From NCBI RefSeq assembly GCF_036321535.1, contig NC_087437.1, positions 78,804,001-78,868,000 of the forward strand: a stretch of 64,000 bases of DNA. The letters are read 5' to 3'. Shown piece by piece: positions 39,400 through 52,934 of this stretch. The notes under the pieces are model-generated. The model did not search any database and had not been told where the DNA came from. It saw only the letters and a list, made by a program, of their open reading frames with translations. The stretch is from Camelus dromedarius (taxonomy: Eukaryota). Each line of letters opens with the position of its first letter. Position 1 is the first letter of the stretch. Both the position numbers and the translations under genes were made by a program.

Positions 39400-39790
39400 G
39401 TTAAATATAAGAACCTGATTGGAAGAAAGGTTTATAACATAATTCATAGAAATTATATTTATATATGTATATATTGACTTACTAAAAACAAGACAACTAA
39501 ATATAAAAATGGATAATGGATGACAATTAGCAACTTACCAAAGTATAAATGCAAAGGCCCAATGCACCTATAAAATGATACTCAAAGTCACTAATAATCA
39601 AGGACAATAAAATTAAAACAGTATTGGATTTTTTTATTCATCAAATGCCAATAATGCCGAAGACTAATGTTATACTTTCTTGAATAGAATAAACCAAAAT
39701 AGGAACACAAAAATTCTTTTGACAAGATAGTTTCTTGTCTACATCACTTTTAGAAGAATTACAATCCCTCTCAGCACTTTCTGGAACAGG
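39400..39790 (+). mobile_element. Old L1 (L1ME-age) ORF2 3' fragment
   Basis: aaaatgatactcaaagtcactaataatcaaggacaataaaattaaaacag. Confidence 0.65.
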
Positions 39791-39809
39791 TTTTGATTTT
39801 TCCCCATAC

Positions 39810-39945
39810 TAAATAAGGAGGTAACAGATGCATAGACATATTAATAAGTGTTCTCAAGTTCACATAGGTCACAAGCAATGAAGCTATCATTTGAATATTT
39901 TTCTTTTTGATATAAAATCTCTTGCTTTTAATTATTGGGGATAAC
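39810..39945 (-). mobile_element. MIR SINE fragment
   Basis: aaataaggaggtaacagatgcatagaca...tctcaagttcacatagg. Confidence 0.5.
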
Positions 39946-40722
39946 CTTAAGCCTTTGCCTAATGTTTGCATAAGAAGACTTCCCTGAAGGGAAGCCTCTA
40001 GGCTCCTCTCTGCTACCCCTCACAGGTGGCTTGTTTGGGCAGAGACAAGCATAATTTATGCAGACCCTTTAAACTCTTTTTTTGACTCATCTGTTCACAG
40101 ATAGGAAAATCTAGTCTTCTATTCCAAATTGAGCAATTTTAAAGTTGATACTTTATTTTCCTGTTGGTTCCAAAAAGATGCCAGAAAAGTATATCATCTA
40201 ATGGTCTCTGAAAACTCCAACATTAATCACTAAACATTTCTCCCTATAGCTTTCTTTTCTCTCTGAGAGGAAAGTAATTGGGCTGATAGGTATGAACAAC
40301 GAAAATATTAGTTAGATGGACCTTCAAATATTTTTTGAAATTTTAGGCTAGAACAATCTCTTTTCTGTAATACTTTTAGATAGAATAATTGCTTTAATTA
40401 CTAAAGGAAAATTAAGATAGTATGTTTATTTTTATTTTTCAGGGCCATGATTTAGGTCACTATTGTCTTTAATAACTCCTTCAGTTTCACTGGTTTTATA
40501 TTTACATGTAAGGTGAGTGTCTGCTTTTCCTTTTCTTTCTTCTCAGCTTCCTTCACCTCATTTTTCTTTCTTAAATTTATGAGGTCCATTTTGTATTCTG
40601 TTTTATAATTTCAAATATTTACAAAAAATTCCCTAGCAATATATTTACTCTTGGCCTTTTTCCTTCAGCAAATCACCAGACAATAGACAAGTATAAAATA
40701 TTGTTGCCTTGAAATATTTCTT

Positions 40723-41062
40723 TTTTTTTAATCTTTTACTGAATTACAGTCAATGACAATGTATCAATTTCTGGTGTACAGCACAATGTCCCAGTCTTGC
40801 ATATACATACATACATTCATTTTCATATTTTTTCCATTAAAAGTTATTACAAGATATTCAGCAGAGTTCCTTGTGCTATACAAAAGAAACTTCTTTTAAA
40901 ATCTATTTTTATATATAGTGGCTAACATTTGTAAATATCAAACTCCCAAATTTATCCTCTCCCACCCACTTTCCACAGTAACCATAAGATTGTTTACTAA
41001 GTCTGAAAGTCTTTTTCTGTTTTGTAGGTGAGTTCATAGTGTCCTTTTATTTATTTATTTTT
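40723..41062 (-). mobile_element. Young L1 3' UTR, 5'-truncated, with perfect 19-bp TSD
   Basis: TSD ttgccttgaaatatttctt at 40704-40722 and 41063-41081; homologous to the other L1 3' ends in the window. Confidence 0.95.
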
Positions 41063-44000
41063 TTGCCTTGAAATATTTCTTAAATGGCTGTCATTACATT
41101 TTTTCCACTTAGAAGCTCATAGGTAGTACTTTAATTAAATTAATTATATTTCCTTCCTCATCTTAGTTTCTGAAAGTTGAGTCAAGATCTAGAAACTGTA
41201 TAATTTGAAATGAGTATATTACCTGTGTAGTGAGCTTGAAGATTTTGGAACTGAGCAAGGAAGAGATAGGACCGTGAGAGGCAGTGATACGTGGCAATAT
41301 CTGGGATCAGTGCCTGGGCAAGTCTGCATGAGGGGAAGTTTGGTAGGAGGAACCACTCCGAAGGGGAATAAAGCAAGAGACTGGACTTCCCCAGAGAAGG
41401 GAAAATCAGAGAGGGGGCAAATGTGTCTGAGTGATGTCACTCAGTAGTAAGGCTGGGAGTTTCCAAGTCAGAGTTGTAAAGAACATCTGTGGTATGGGGT
41501 CTAAACCACAGGGTTTGTATTTTCTATGGTTATCAGATGGTAAGCATAGTTTTGAAGCATATACAAAGTAGATAGACTCTAAGTGGCTAAAAATATGTTT
41601 ATATGGACTATATTTGAAACAACTTAACATGTAAGAATTTGAGTTTGGCACCAGCAAACTTTGGGCTAACAGTCTTGGCTTCTGTGAAGAAGTAAACAAC
41701 ACGCAGCCATTTAGGCTAATGCAGAGGGGCCACCTTTGGCCCATTTATATAACAACCTCCAAGGTGAAATTGGAATATAAGTATAATTTATTTCCTTCTC
41801 TATTTATTGAATGAGTACTGAACAATAGGCATATCCTTTTAGGAGGCACATCTTGTAATTTGTCACTGATAAATTCAAGAGCAGGCAGCATACACTCTTT
41901 ATCATAAATGACTACAGGTTAAACCATTTTGGAGCTATAACACAGGCTAAATTGTTAGACTATCAGTAAACTATAAAACCATTCCCTGAAGCCAGATATT
42001 CTGGCAAAAATTTTGTGAAGGGTTTTTGCTTACTTATTGATACAACTAAGCTTCAGTATTTAAAGGGGAAAAAGAGAGGCCCAAGATGAAATAATATTTA
42101 CAGAATGCTCAAGGTACTTGGGAGGAATGCATGATAGGACTCTTCTGAAATGTTCTTTGAAAATGTCTATGTTTCACAGAGAGAAATGCAAGTTGTGTTG
42201 CAAAAAAAGGCATGGTGAAACTGGACAAAGAAATAATATTTTCTAAGATATCTCAAGCTTTTTGATTTATTCACTAGAACTTGATGCCTTTAAAGGACTG
42301 TTCTGTTATTTCTTTCATGCTTTATGTGTGAAATTTAAAATTATTATCAAAATAAAATTCCATTAGGAAGCACTTTGCTGTAATCATGGATTTGGATTAT
42401 TTTAGGGCAAGTACTATCTACTGTGTACACTTGGGAGTTCAGAACAACTCTTTCCATAGGAAATAGTCCCTGTAGTATAGTAATGATACTAGATTGTAAC
42501 TGTTGACAGTCAATAAAATACAACCGCCATTTCTCTGTTTCATTGATCAAAGTAGAATGAGTATTATATGCTTTTGTCTTGCCTAGCATCACTTAAGAAA
42601 CCATCATTTCTTTTCCCATTCTTGGTTCAAGTGAGTTGGTTGGGACTGACTGTATTTCAGAGGTAAGCCTGTGTCACTGGAAATTTTTGATTCAACATAT
42701 TATATTGTCAAATAAAATTAGTCTTGTAAGTTGAGTAGAAATTTAGCCCTTTTCTGAAAGGTTCAAGGAAGAATCAAACTGTATAAAACAGTAATATTGA
42801 TTTTCCTCTTTTGACTGGGAAGGTGCGTGATTGCTGCTTTCTCATACAGAAGGAGGTAATGAATGGAACAATACAATTAAACAGTATTGAACATTAGACT
42901 GGACTGGGTCTTAGCAATACACAATTAAATATCTTCAGTTTATAAGGGATCTGAGCCCCATAAATTTAAGGAACTAGATAACTATGAGCCATCCTTGTTA
43001 TATGAAAATGTTCTAAACATTATTGAACGAACCAAGTCATTATGAGAATTTCATCTATATAAATTATCAAGAAAGTATGATACAGGAGAATGGAGGAACT
43101 GGAAAGAATTTTCTTGTATTATAAGTGTTAGTGGAATATAACCATTTTTAATCATAAGATATACACTAAAACTGAGGTTTAAAGGTAATAAGATGTACTT
43201 ATGGCATTACAGTACAATAAAATATGACTGGCTTTAAGAATAAAATCAAGATGCCAAAGATAAAGAATTTGGTGACACAGTCAGTACCTAGAAGGCACAC
43301 AATAATTAGTACTTCCTTTTATCAGTATCTTTTTTGCAGCAAACAGACAATTCTTTGGCAAATATACAAGTTCTTTTTGTATGGCCTCTGGCAGCTGCTT
43401 AACTTTCCTAGCGCTTTGTCTCTCCCTCTTGATAATGGGGATAACTGCACAGTGCTTGTTACTTATGTAGCATATTGAATTCCTGCTGCCAAATGATACA
43501 GATCCATGGGTTTAAGATCTGTCCATGTACTCATTATCATTGATGATTTAATGGTTTTTCAGTTTCACAAAGAGTATCTTCATGATCACTTTGAAAGATT
43601 TATAAGGTTTGTTTTCATTTGAAAATTCTTGTTTGAGAATTAGCATGAATGGTGCAGGGAAGCTAAGGTGCTATGAGGCATTTAAGGACAGCACTACCTA
43701 ATGGTAATTACTAGCTTAAACACGTATTTGTTCCAGTGAAATATAACCCTCCATTTACATCCCAGTTCTAGCTGAGAAATATGGCCTTTCTGTAAGCAGG
43801 GAGTGGAGTTTTTCAACACCTGTTAGAAATGTATGTAAAATACATTAGCTTGTGAAGAAAACAGTGTGAGTTCTAAAGCCGTATGAAGTGGTGTTCTATG
43901 CAGTGCTCATGGAAGAATGATATCCTTTTATTATTTCACCTCACTGTGAGCCTAATGACAGAAACCAGTGAAGAGAGGAGGCTGATGAATGGAGAAGGTT

Positions 44001-46249
44001 GAGGAATTGAAATAACCTTTGATTAATTCTTATGTAAAAGACTATGAATAATAACATTTTTGAAAAATTTTTAAGAGAGTTGTCCCAAACCAGTGGCCAT
44101 AGCTTTAAAAAAAAAACATAACCCTCCCCTATAATTTAATAACAGTATTTAAAAATTCAGTTACTTTGAAGGAGATGCATCATTTCCTGTGGTCTGTAAA
44201 TTGAACTTTGTATTCTTATATGGGGTTGCATTGGGGGGGAGTCAGACAACTGTTACATTCTTTTTATGGCAAACTGCCAAGAATGTCAAAAGATGCTTTC
44301 AAATATTAGGCATTATTAAATCACACCCTTTCCATTGTGTTAGCCCTAACTTAGTAACTTACAAATTTATAGAATTTTTTTGTTTACTTGGCTAGCGTGT
44401 TCATAATTGACTCTATAGTTTATTATTATTAGACAAGGAAATAATACACTTAGAATTTTAATGTAATTACAACTGAGTTTGAAGAGATTGTTTCCCACCT
44501 ACCAATGTAAATTTTAAAGCTAGCAAAATTTTCATTGTATGACTTTATAAACAATAAATCTAGAGAAAAAATGTATACTATCATCTAATATTGCAGATTC
44601 TGATTATATAGAGAATAACTAATTATTATCAGTTCTTAAGTTCTACATACAGTTGTTAGTGAAATCTTTCATTTTATTTCTGGGAACATGCCAAAGAACA
44701 GTTATCTAAAGAGAAGGTTTACTGTGGATACTTTGGATGTGTTTATTATTACTGTATTCTTTGCCTGCAAGATCATTTAGCTTCTCCTCATCTGTTTAAT
44801 CCCTACTTAGTCCTCCAAACCAAGCTCAAGTACTTCCAGAAAAGATGACATAAAAAATAATAGCATTTAAAAATCCCTAGTCCATGACTAATTGAATTTG
44901 CAAAAGGGGGAACAAACTAGTGGGGAACCTTTTTTAACACTGAAATCAGAGCATGGTATAAACCAAGTGCTAAATAGAAGAATTTCTCCCAGACATAGTG
45001 AAGATGGTATCACGTTGAAGCTTTTTCCGCTGCCAACACATACCTCCCATTTCAACAAAAAAATTTGTTTTGTGAAATAGATGAAGAAAATCTTAGTATC
45101 TCTAAAATTTAGAGGTAAATATTTTAGTGGGAATGCCATGAGCAATTCAGTATTTTATGGGCATTTCTGCATCCTTCAGTAAGAGCCACTTTTGCTGAGT
45201 GAAAGACATCATTCTGAGACTGCAGCAGGTATGAAGTTACAACAAATGGAAAAGTCCACAGGCAGCTGATTTTTACTCTTACTGGCTTCCCAGTAGAGGA
45301 GTAGAGGTTTGAAATAACTCCAGCATAAGTTTATTTCTAAATCAAAACAGAAATATCCTAGCCTAGTAAAATGAGGTTTAGAGTGTTATTCATAACATAG
45401 AAAGAACAGGTACTCTTACCCTAGGAGAGATTTTATCCTCAAAAGCCAACATTCTTTATAAAAATAGAGGAAAAAATATGTGGAGGCATGGCAATATCAC
45501 CTGTAAGCAACAGGTATTGCCCCTGAATAAATTTCTTTCTGTCATAGCATAAAAAGCTCTTGGTAGGAAAACTCCTAAACCAAGAATAAAATCTCAGTTA
45601 AATCAAAAAAAAGTTAATTTCCTTCAAATTGGCTAGCAAAATAACCAATAAATTTGACAATACATGGATACAATGGTTATCTAGAACAGAGGCCAAGTCA
45701 AATAGAAAAACAATGTAGTGAGTATGTTTTGAAATACATGAAACTAGTAAGTTTTACATTTCTTCCTCCACAGAATATGTATTTCATACAGACTTTTCAC
45801 CATTGTAATCCCAGAAATGAATTGGAGTGGAGGTATTTTGCACATTTTTCTGTGAAGTATAGATTCAGCTAATGAGGCCCTAGGAAAGCTGAAATCTCCT
45901 TAGAAAGATCCCTACATTTATCACGGGACTAGAGCAAGATTTTTGCCTCTCAGGTGGTAGTTTAAAAATGGATGGAGGGAAATACCTAGTCAAGTGTTTC
46001 TAAGCCACCCATCTCCTCCATTCCTCAGCAACTCTCTTCTTTAGGCTGACTCCCAGTTTCTGTGTACCACTATGGGGTGAATTAGAAAAGTTACTAAAAA
46101 GAGAGAGTGAGACAGCAAAGAGCCACTCTGGTTAAGGATGAGATGTTCTGTAGTAAGTTATGGGATGAACATCATCAGCCATGGGCTGGATGGAGGATGG
46201 CTGAGACCCAGAGGTATTGACCATGCTTAAAAAGTCATGCTGGATAGTA

Positions 46250-46760
46250 TACAAGGGCCAGCATATAAGAAACTTGGAAGTCACTGCCATCCCAACAAGT
46301 AAAAAGCTGAATAGACTGAAAAATACAACATCTCTTTTTAGATCCATTAGAGAAATGAAGTTACAGGGCAAACTGCTGTCCCCAGGTTGGAGAGATAGAC
46401 AGGAATATACAAGACATAATAGTTTACCTGAGCAGAGCAAAACTCTCCATTTGAACCAGTGCCAGGGTAGGAAAACCTGAAATATAATTGACTAATTGCT
46501 CAAAGCTCAGTGATGAGTAAGTACTACAAGAGGACCCAGTTATCTGATATCCTCAAACTTCTGTGCATTTATATCCTGAAGCTCTACTAGGTTCACAGTG
46601 AACACTGGAGAAACACTCCTCATGCTTCTAGCAGGAGGAGGAAAAAATGACAGAGCATCCTATTCTTAACAAAGTCTGCCTTCAGGAGAAACTAATGAAC
46701 CAGAACCTAACTTGCTGGGGTTTTACCAGAGCACAGCTGACCTGAGGGAAGCAAAATATT
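46250..46760 (+). mobile_element. Old L1 5'-UTR fragment (L1MC/L1MD-type)
   Basis: Similar to the L1 5' end at 49337-49500 (cttggaagtcactgccatcccaacaag...cagggcaaactgct). Confidence 0.7.
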
Positions 46761-47021
46761 TGCATATTGGCATGCATTATATTGCCATATTGGCAAATTT
46801 TATAATGAATTATTTTACAAGATACTGTCAGGAATGTGAGCAAATAAATACTCTCAATCAGTATAGGAGAGAGTGTAAATTGTTTCCGTTTTTCAGGGTT
46901 TTTAGGCAATTGATATCAAACATCTTAAAATATATATACTTTTACAAAGTATTTAAATTTTTAATAACTTGGCCTAATAAAATGATCAGATACATTATTT
47001 GATAGATACAGAACTATCTTT

Positions 47022-47566
47022 ATGTTTTAAAATTAGGTTTTATTATTATTCAGGCATGGTGAGACCAACAATCAGGAGACAACTGCCATTTGAAATAATA
47101 GATTGTCACAGTCCTTAAGAGGGGGACTCACCACACCATGGAACAGTCACAAGAGAAAGCACAGGGCTGGGGCCAAAAAATAGAGGAAATGAGGGGAAAA
47201 AAGGGCAAGGGACTTTATTGTGATTTCTGTGGAAATGCAAGACAGGGTACAATTTTAGGCTTAAGATTGGCTGGTTTGAATAATTTCAGCAGGCTCTGGC
47301 ACTTATGGGCTGCCCTCCTTTTCTTGTATCTAGTCTGGGATGATGAGGGTAAATGAGTAGTGTCCAAAGTGTAAATGCTCAATCTAGGAGATGGTTGGGG
47401 GATGGGCTTTGGATTCATTGGTTTGCATTATGGAAGGTGCACTTGCATGAGAGTCCTTTACTGTCTCTAGGAATTGGCCATGCCTGGGGCAGTCTCTCCT
47501 GGATCAGGAAGTGCCCAGATATCAAAACATCATAAAATGCAGAAAATAAAAGAAATGATTGATACA
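47022..47566 (-). mobile_element. ERVL solo LTR, MER74-like
   Basis: TG...CA termini; minus strand begins TGTATCAATCATTTCTTTTATTTTCTGCATTTTATGATG...GGAGAGACTGCCCCAGG. Confidence 0.75.
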
Positions 47567-48412
47567 ATTTACAAGATAATTGAAAAGCACATTTTTTTAT
47601 AATCAGGAAAAATGAGAAAAGCAAAAGAAATGACTAAAACATGATGTTTTGAAATATTAATCAACAGAACAACTTAAAATATTATTTTAAAAATACCCTT
47701 TTCAATATTTAATCAGCTAAACACTCATTATTCTCTGTCTCAGAGAAAAGATAAATACAGAAATTGCTGGGTGGAGGGAGGAGGCAGGGGGATTCTCCTA
47801 AATTTTGATTTTTAAAAAGTCTTTAACTTATTGGAATCAAGGAAACTCCAGCAAATATCTCCAAACAAATAATCAGAATTTCTTCTTCAGGGGAGAATGT
47901 GAGTATCATAGGAGGCGAGGAAAACATAGATGATGTGGGTTTTGGAGAGAATTTTATGTGCTCTGCTCATACTCTTATCTTTGAGTATATTTTTGCATAT
48001 CTTTGAAGTAGAGGGGTTGTTTACAATTCCAAATATTCAGCAAAGCTGGGAGATCCAAAAGCAGAAAGGACATGGATCCCCGTCCTAGAAGGCATTTTTG
48101 GAATTGTCATGAGCTCCATAGAAGAAATGGCTGTGTGGTGCATCTATGCGGCAGAATTTAAGGCAGATTCCTTGGTCATCTGTATTGGCAAAAATGGTAA
48201 ATGCAGAAAAATGACACCCTGTGTCTAAAGATGGAACTGAGGTTGTTTTGTTTCTTTGTTTTGTTTTATTTTCTAGTGCTAGTAAATAAATGGCAAATAT
48301 CTGTGATTTTTTTGTAGTAATACTCCAGTAATAACAATTTTAAAATTCCCATCATGACAAGAATCCATAGGGATAATCAAGTATCTCTGTATAAAATGCC
48401 TAGTCATTCAGT

Positions 48413-48441
<29 letters not shown>
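48413..48441. repeat. (TG)n microsatellite
   Basis: About 14 perfect units. Confidence 0.97.
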
Positions 48442-48444
<3 letters not shown>

Positions 48445-48469
48445 AGTGTATGTTTTCTTGCCTGGCTGT

Positions 48470-48920
48470 CAGTGTGTTGAGTTTCCTTAATGTGTGTCAA
48501 GTACATTTCCGTAGTCTAGTTAAGCCTGTATTCTTCTTCTCAAATGTAGTATTTTTAAATGTATAAAATATATTGAGTTACAAAAGATAATAATTTAGTA
48601 AAACACCAAACTATTTTAAAATATCACATTTGTGATGCAAACATATTTGTGGTTATTTATTAATATTAATTAAATAAAAAGGTCTAGATGGTGAGGCTAA
48701 GATCTATTGTAATTTCAGTGTACTGATAAACAGAGTATTTTAAAAGTTTGCAGTGCTTATGGGTAATATGAAAATATCTGTGATGTTTATTGCTACAAAT
48801 TCCAAAGTCACAGCTGCTTCATTTATTACTGTTGATTTATACCTATATTCACACTTGAGTTAAATGAAACTATAAATGTGTGTTCCTATTCATTAAATTC
48901 CCTTAATTTTTGCCCTGGAA
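48470..48920. mobile_element. MER113-like hAT-Charlie DNA transposon relic
   Basis: gtagtctagttaagcctg, tttttaaatgtataaaata, aatatgaaaatatctgtgatg, caaagtcacag are collinear with the recalled consensus. Confidence 0.7.
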
Positions 48921-49336
48921 CAAAGTCTACAGAAACCATGTAAAGTCTCTGGGATACAAAGACTAGATTTTCTTTGTTGCAGTTTTTTAAATAGATGTTT
49001 TAAAAGTTATAGAATACATTATTTAAAAACAACTATTGAAAAAATTAAAACAAAAGAGATCCAGTCATAGTTACTACTCTTTTTCTCTCCATGTTGTGCT
49101 TATTTTTTTACTTGCTTCCAATTATTTTAGTATAAAAATTATGAATAAGGCATTCTGGTAAGTTAATTTGTGTGAAACTCCAGCTACTTTTACAGAAAGA
49201 GAGATAAAACAATTATAATCTATTTTATGGAATTTTTTAAATGTCAGCTTCCACTCTAAATATGCAGATAAGAAAAAAAATTAAAAACAATGTCCAATTC
49301 TAAAATCAAGACAAAAATTCATAAAAATATAGTCCT

Positions 49337-51083
49337 GGACTTCCAGTTTTAGCTCCAACATGTAAAGAGCTTAGAAGACTTCATTCCCATTCTTACATCA
49401 AGGAAAATTTGAATCAACAATACTAATGACTCTTTCTGGACCTAACAAAATCCAGAGATCATAGGGCAAACAGCTACTTTGAAATTTTGAGAGACAAGCA
49501 ACTCATGGTTGTCACAACTAAGATTTACCTCCTGTAGCAGAAGCTGCTGATGCTATGAAATGATAGAAGTACTTCAGTGGTTATTTTAATGAGTTGCTGG
49601 AATGAGAATGAGAAACTCCTGAAGATGACTGTCTTTGCAGCGGGAGGCATTGGTCCTACACTGTTCATGAGTTTTAAGGAATCACATTAGGGTCTTAGAC
49701 GAAGAGCTAAGAAAGATCTATTTATCCCTTATGTCAGAAGGAGGGGAAGAAGTACACACAGGAAATTCTTCATTGCAAAGACCTACTCTCTATGGTAAAA
49801 AGTGTGGAAAGAAGAAAGTTAATCAGTGTAACCCCCATAATAGGCCAAAGAAGAAAAATATCATAGGATTACATCAATAGATACAAATAAAACCATTTGA
49901 CAAAAATGTAACACTCATTTATGATAAGAGCTCTCAGATAATAAGGAATAGAATAGAACTCCCTCAGCTTACAAAGAACATCTACAAAAACTGTACAGTT
50001 AATAGCATACTTAATGGTGAGAAGCTGGAGAATTTTCCACTAAAATTGGGAACGAAGTGTGTCCTCTGTTACTACTCCCAGTCAACATAGTAATGGAAAC
50101 CCTAGCTAATGCAGTAAGACAAGCAAAGGAAATAAGAAAGTAGACACATTGGGAAGGAAGAAATGAAACTGTTACTGTTGGCAGATGACATGATTCTCTA
50201 TGAATAAAATCCCAAAGAATCAGAAAATCACTTGAAACTAAAAAGTAAGTATAAAAGTTCACAGCAAACATGGTTAATATAGAAAAGTCAGTTGCTTTCC
50301 TATTTAGAATCAATGAACAATTGCAATCTGAAATTTTTTAAAAAAGAAAATTAAAATAGCACTAAAAATTAAATACTTAGCTATTGATTTAGTAAAATAT
50401 GTACAGGGTATACAGAAGAACTGTTCATGGATTGGAAGAATCAATCAAAGATTGTTGAGATGCCAATTCTTACCGAACTTAATATATTCAGTGAGAGCTC
50501 AATCAAAATCCTAGTGTGTTGTATTCTTGATAATGATAAATAGATTCTAAAATTTATGAGGGAAAACAAAAGATCTAGAATACTGGTACTGAAGAAGAAC
50601 AAATTTGGAGGACTAATGCTACCCAATTTCAAGACCCACTGTAAATCTACAATAAGCAAGACTGTATACTAGTGGGAAGAAAAAGACATATAGATGAATA
50701 GAACTTAATAGAAAGTCCAGAAATAGGCCTATATGATGTCATCAACTCATTTTGACAAAGGAACAAAGGTAATTCAATGGAAAAAGAATGATATTTTAAA
50801 CCTATGATGTTGGAAAAATTTAACAACTGTATGTGAAGAGCTGAAACACAGAATTTATACCTGCTGTAAAAATTAATTCAAAATGAATCATAGAACAAAA
50901 TTTAAAACTTACAGAAGAAAACTTAGGAGAAAAGTCTAGGAGACACTGGGTTTGGTGATGAGTTTTTAGATAAAACCCCAAAACGGTGGTAATGAAAGAC
51001 ATAAAGACATTTTGGGCTTTATTAAAGTTAAAAAAAAAAGTTTGCCTGTGAAGGACTCTGTAAATAGAATCAATAACAAGTCA
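49337..51083 (+). mobile_element. L1MC-type element, left part: 5' UTR joined through a large deletion to ORF2 RT
   Basis: 5' end ggacttccagttttagctccaacatg; RT motifs atcaatagatacaaataaaaccatttgac and ctgttggcagatgacatgatt (FADD-like). Confidence 0.9.
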
Positions 51084-52915
51084 CATTTGTTTATTTTTGC
51101 TTTTATTTCTATTGCCTGGGTAGGCTACCTTAGGAGAAAATTGCTAAGATTCATATCAGATAATGTTTTGCCTATGTTTTCTTCTAAGAGGTTTATAATG
51201 TCTTGTCTTATGTTTAAGGCTTTAAGCCATTTTGAGTTTATTTTTGTGTATAGTGTGAGGGAGTGGTCTAATTTCATTAATTTACATGCAGCTGTCCAGT
51301 TATCCCACCTCCATTTGCTGAAGAGACTGTCATTACTCCATTGTATGTTCTTGCCTCCTTTGTCAAACATTAATTGACCAAAAGTCAATTTCTGGGCTCT
51401 CTGTTCTGTTCCATTGATCCATATGTCTGTTTTTGTACCAATACCATTCTGTTTTGATTACTGTAGCTCTGTAGTATTGTCTGAAGTCTGGGAGGGTTAT
51501 TCCTCCAGCTTTGTTCTTTTCTTCAGTATTGCTTTGGCAATTCTGGGTCTTTTGTGATTCCATATAAATTTTAGGATTATTTGTTTTAGTTCTGTGGAAA
51601 CTGTCTTGGGTAATTTGATAGGGATTGCACTGAATCTGTAGATTGCTTTGGGGAGTGTGGCCATTTTAACAATACTGATTCTTCCATTCCAAGAACATGG
51701 GATATCTTCCCATTTCTTTAAGTCATCTTTAATTTCCTTACTTAATGTATTGTAGTTCTGTGCAGTCTTTCACTTAATTGGTCAGATTTATTCCCAAGTA
51801 TTTTATAAGCTTCTGCACAGCAAAGGAAACCATAAGTAAAACAAAATGACAACCTACAGAATGGGGGAAAATATTTGCAAAAGATGTGACTGAGAAGGAC
51901 TTAATTTCCAGAATATAGAATCAGCTCATACAGCTTGACAATAAAAAAATGAACAACCCAATCCAAAAATGGGCAGAAACCTAAACAAGCAATTCTCCAA
52001 TGAAGACATACAAATGGTCAATAGGCACATGAAAAAATGCTCAATATTGCTAATTATCAGAGAAATGCAAATCCAAACTACAATGAGGTATCTCCTCATA
52101 CCAGTAAGAATGGCCATGATTAAAAAGTCCACAAATGATAAATACTGGAGAGGCTGTGGAGAAAAGGGAACCCTCCTACAGTGCTGGTGAGAGTGTAGTT
52201 TGGTGCAGCCATTATGGAAAACAGTATGGAGATTCCTTACAAAAGCTAAAAATAGACTTACCATATGATCCAGCAATCCTACTCCTGGGCATATATCCAG
52301 AGGGAAACTTAAGTCAAAAAGATTCATTCACGCCGATATTCATAGCAGCACTATTTACAGTAGCCAAGACATGGAATCAATCTAAATGTCCATCGACAGA
52401 TGACTGGATAAATAAGTTGTGGTACATTTATACAATGGAATAATACCCTGTCATAAAAAAGAATAAAATAATACCATTTGCAGCAACATGGATGGACCTG
52501 GAGATTGTCATTCTTAGTGAAGTAAGCAAGAAAGAGAAAGAAAAATATTGTATGATATCACTCATATGTGGAGTCTAAAAAAAAAGACAAACAAACTTAT
52601 TTACAAAACATAGATAGACTCATAGACATAGAAAACAAACCTATGGTTACCAGTTGTGGAAGGGGTGGGAAAGGATAAATTGGGAGTTCAAGATTTGTAG
52701 ATTCTAATTAATAGATGTAAAATAGATAAACAACAAGTTCATATTGTATCACACAGGGAACTGTATTCAATATCTTGTAGTAACATATGGTGAAGAAGAA
52801 TATGAAAACAAATACATGTATGTTCATATATGACTGAAGCATTATGCTGTACACCAGAAACTGACACAACTTTCTAAACTGTTTATACCTCAATTAAAAA
52901 TATATATACAAAAAA
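51084..52915 (+). mobile_element. Young L1 with 5' inversion (51084-~51805 minus; ~51805-52915 plus) nested in the L1MC
   Basis: ORF2p peptides on minus (51125-51563) then on plus (51969-52443), followed by 3' UTR and A-rich tail. Confidence 0.96.
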
Positions 52916-52934
52916 TACATTTGAAGGAATTGTT

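Noticed and set aside
51012..52443. Several 60-130 aa ORFs on both strands
   Set aside because: Broken L1 ORF2 pieces across the inversion; no intact RT.
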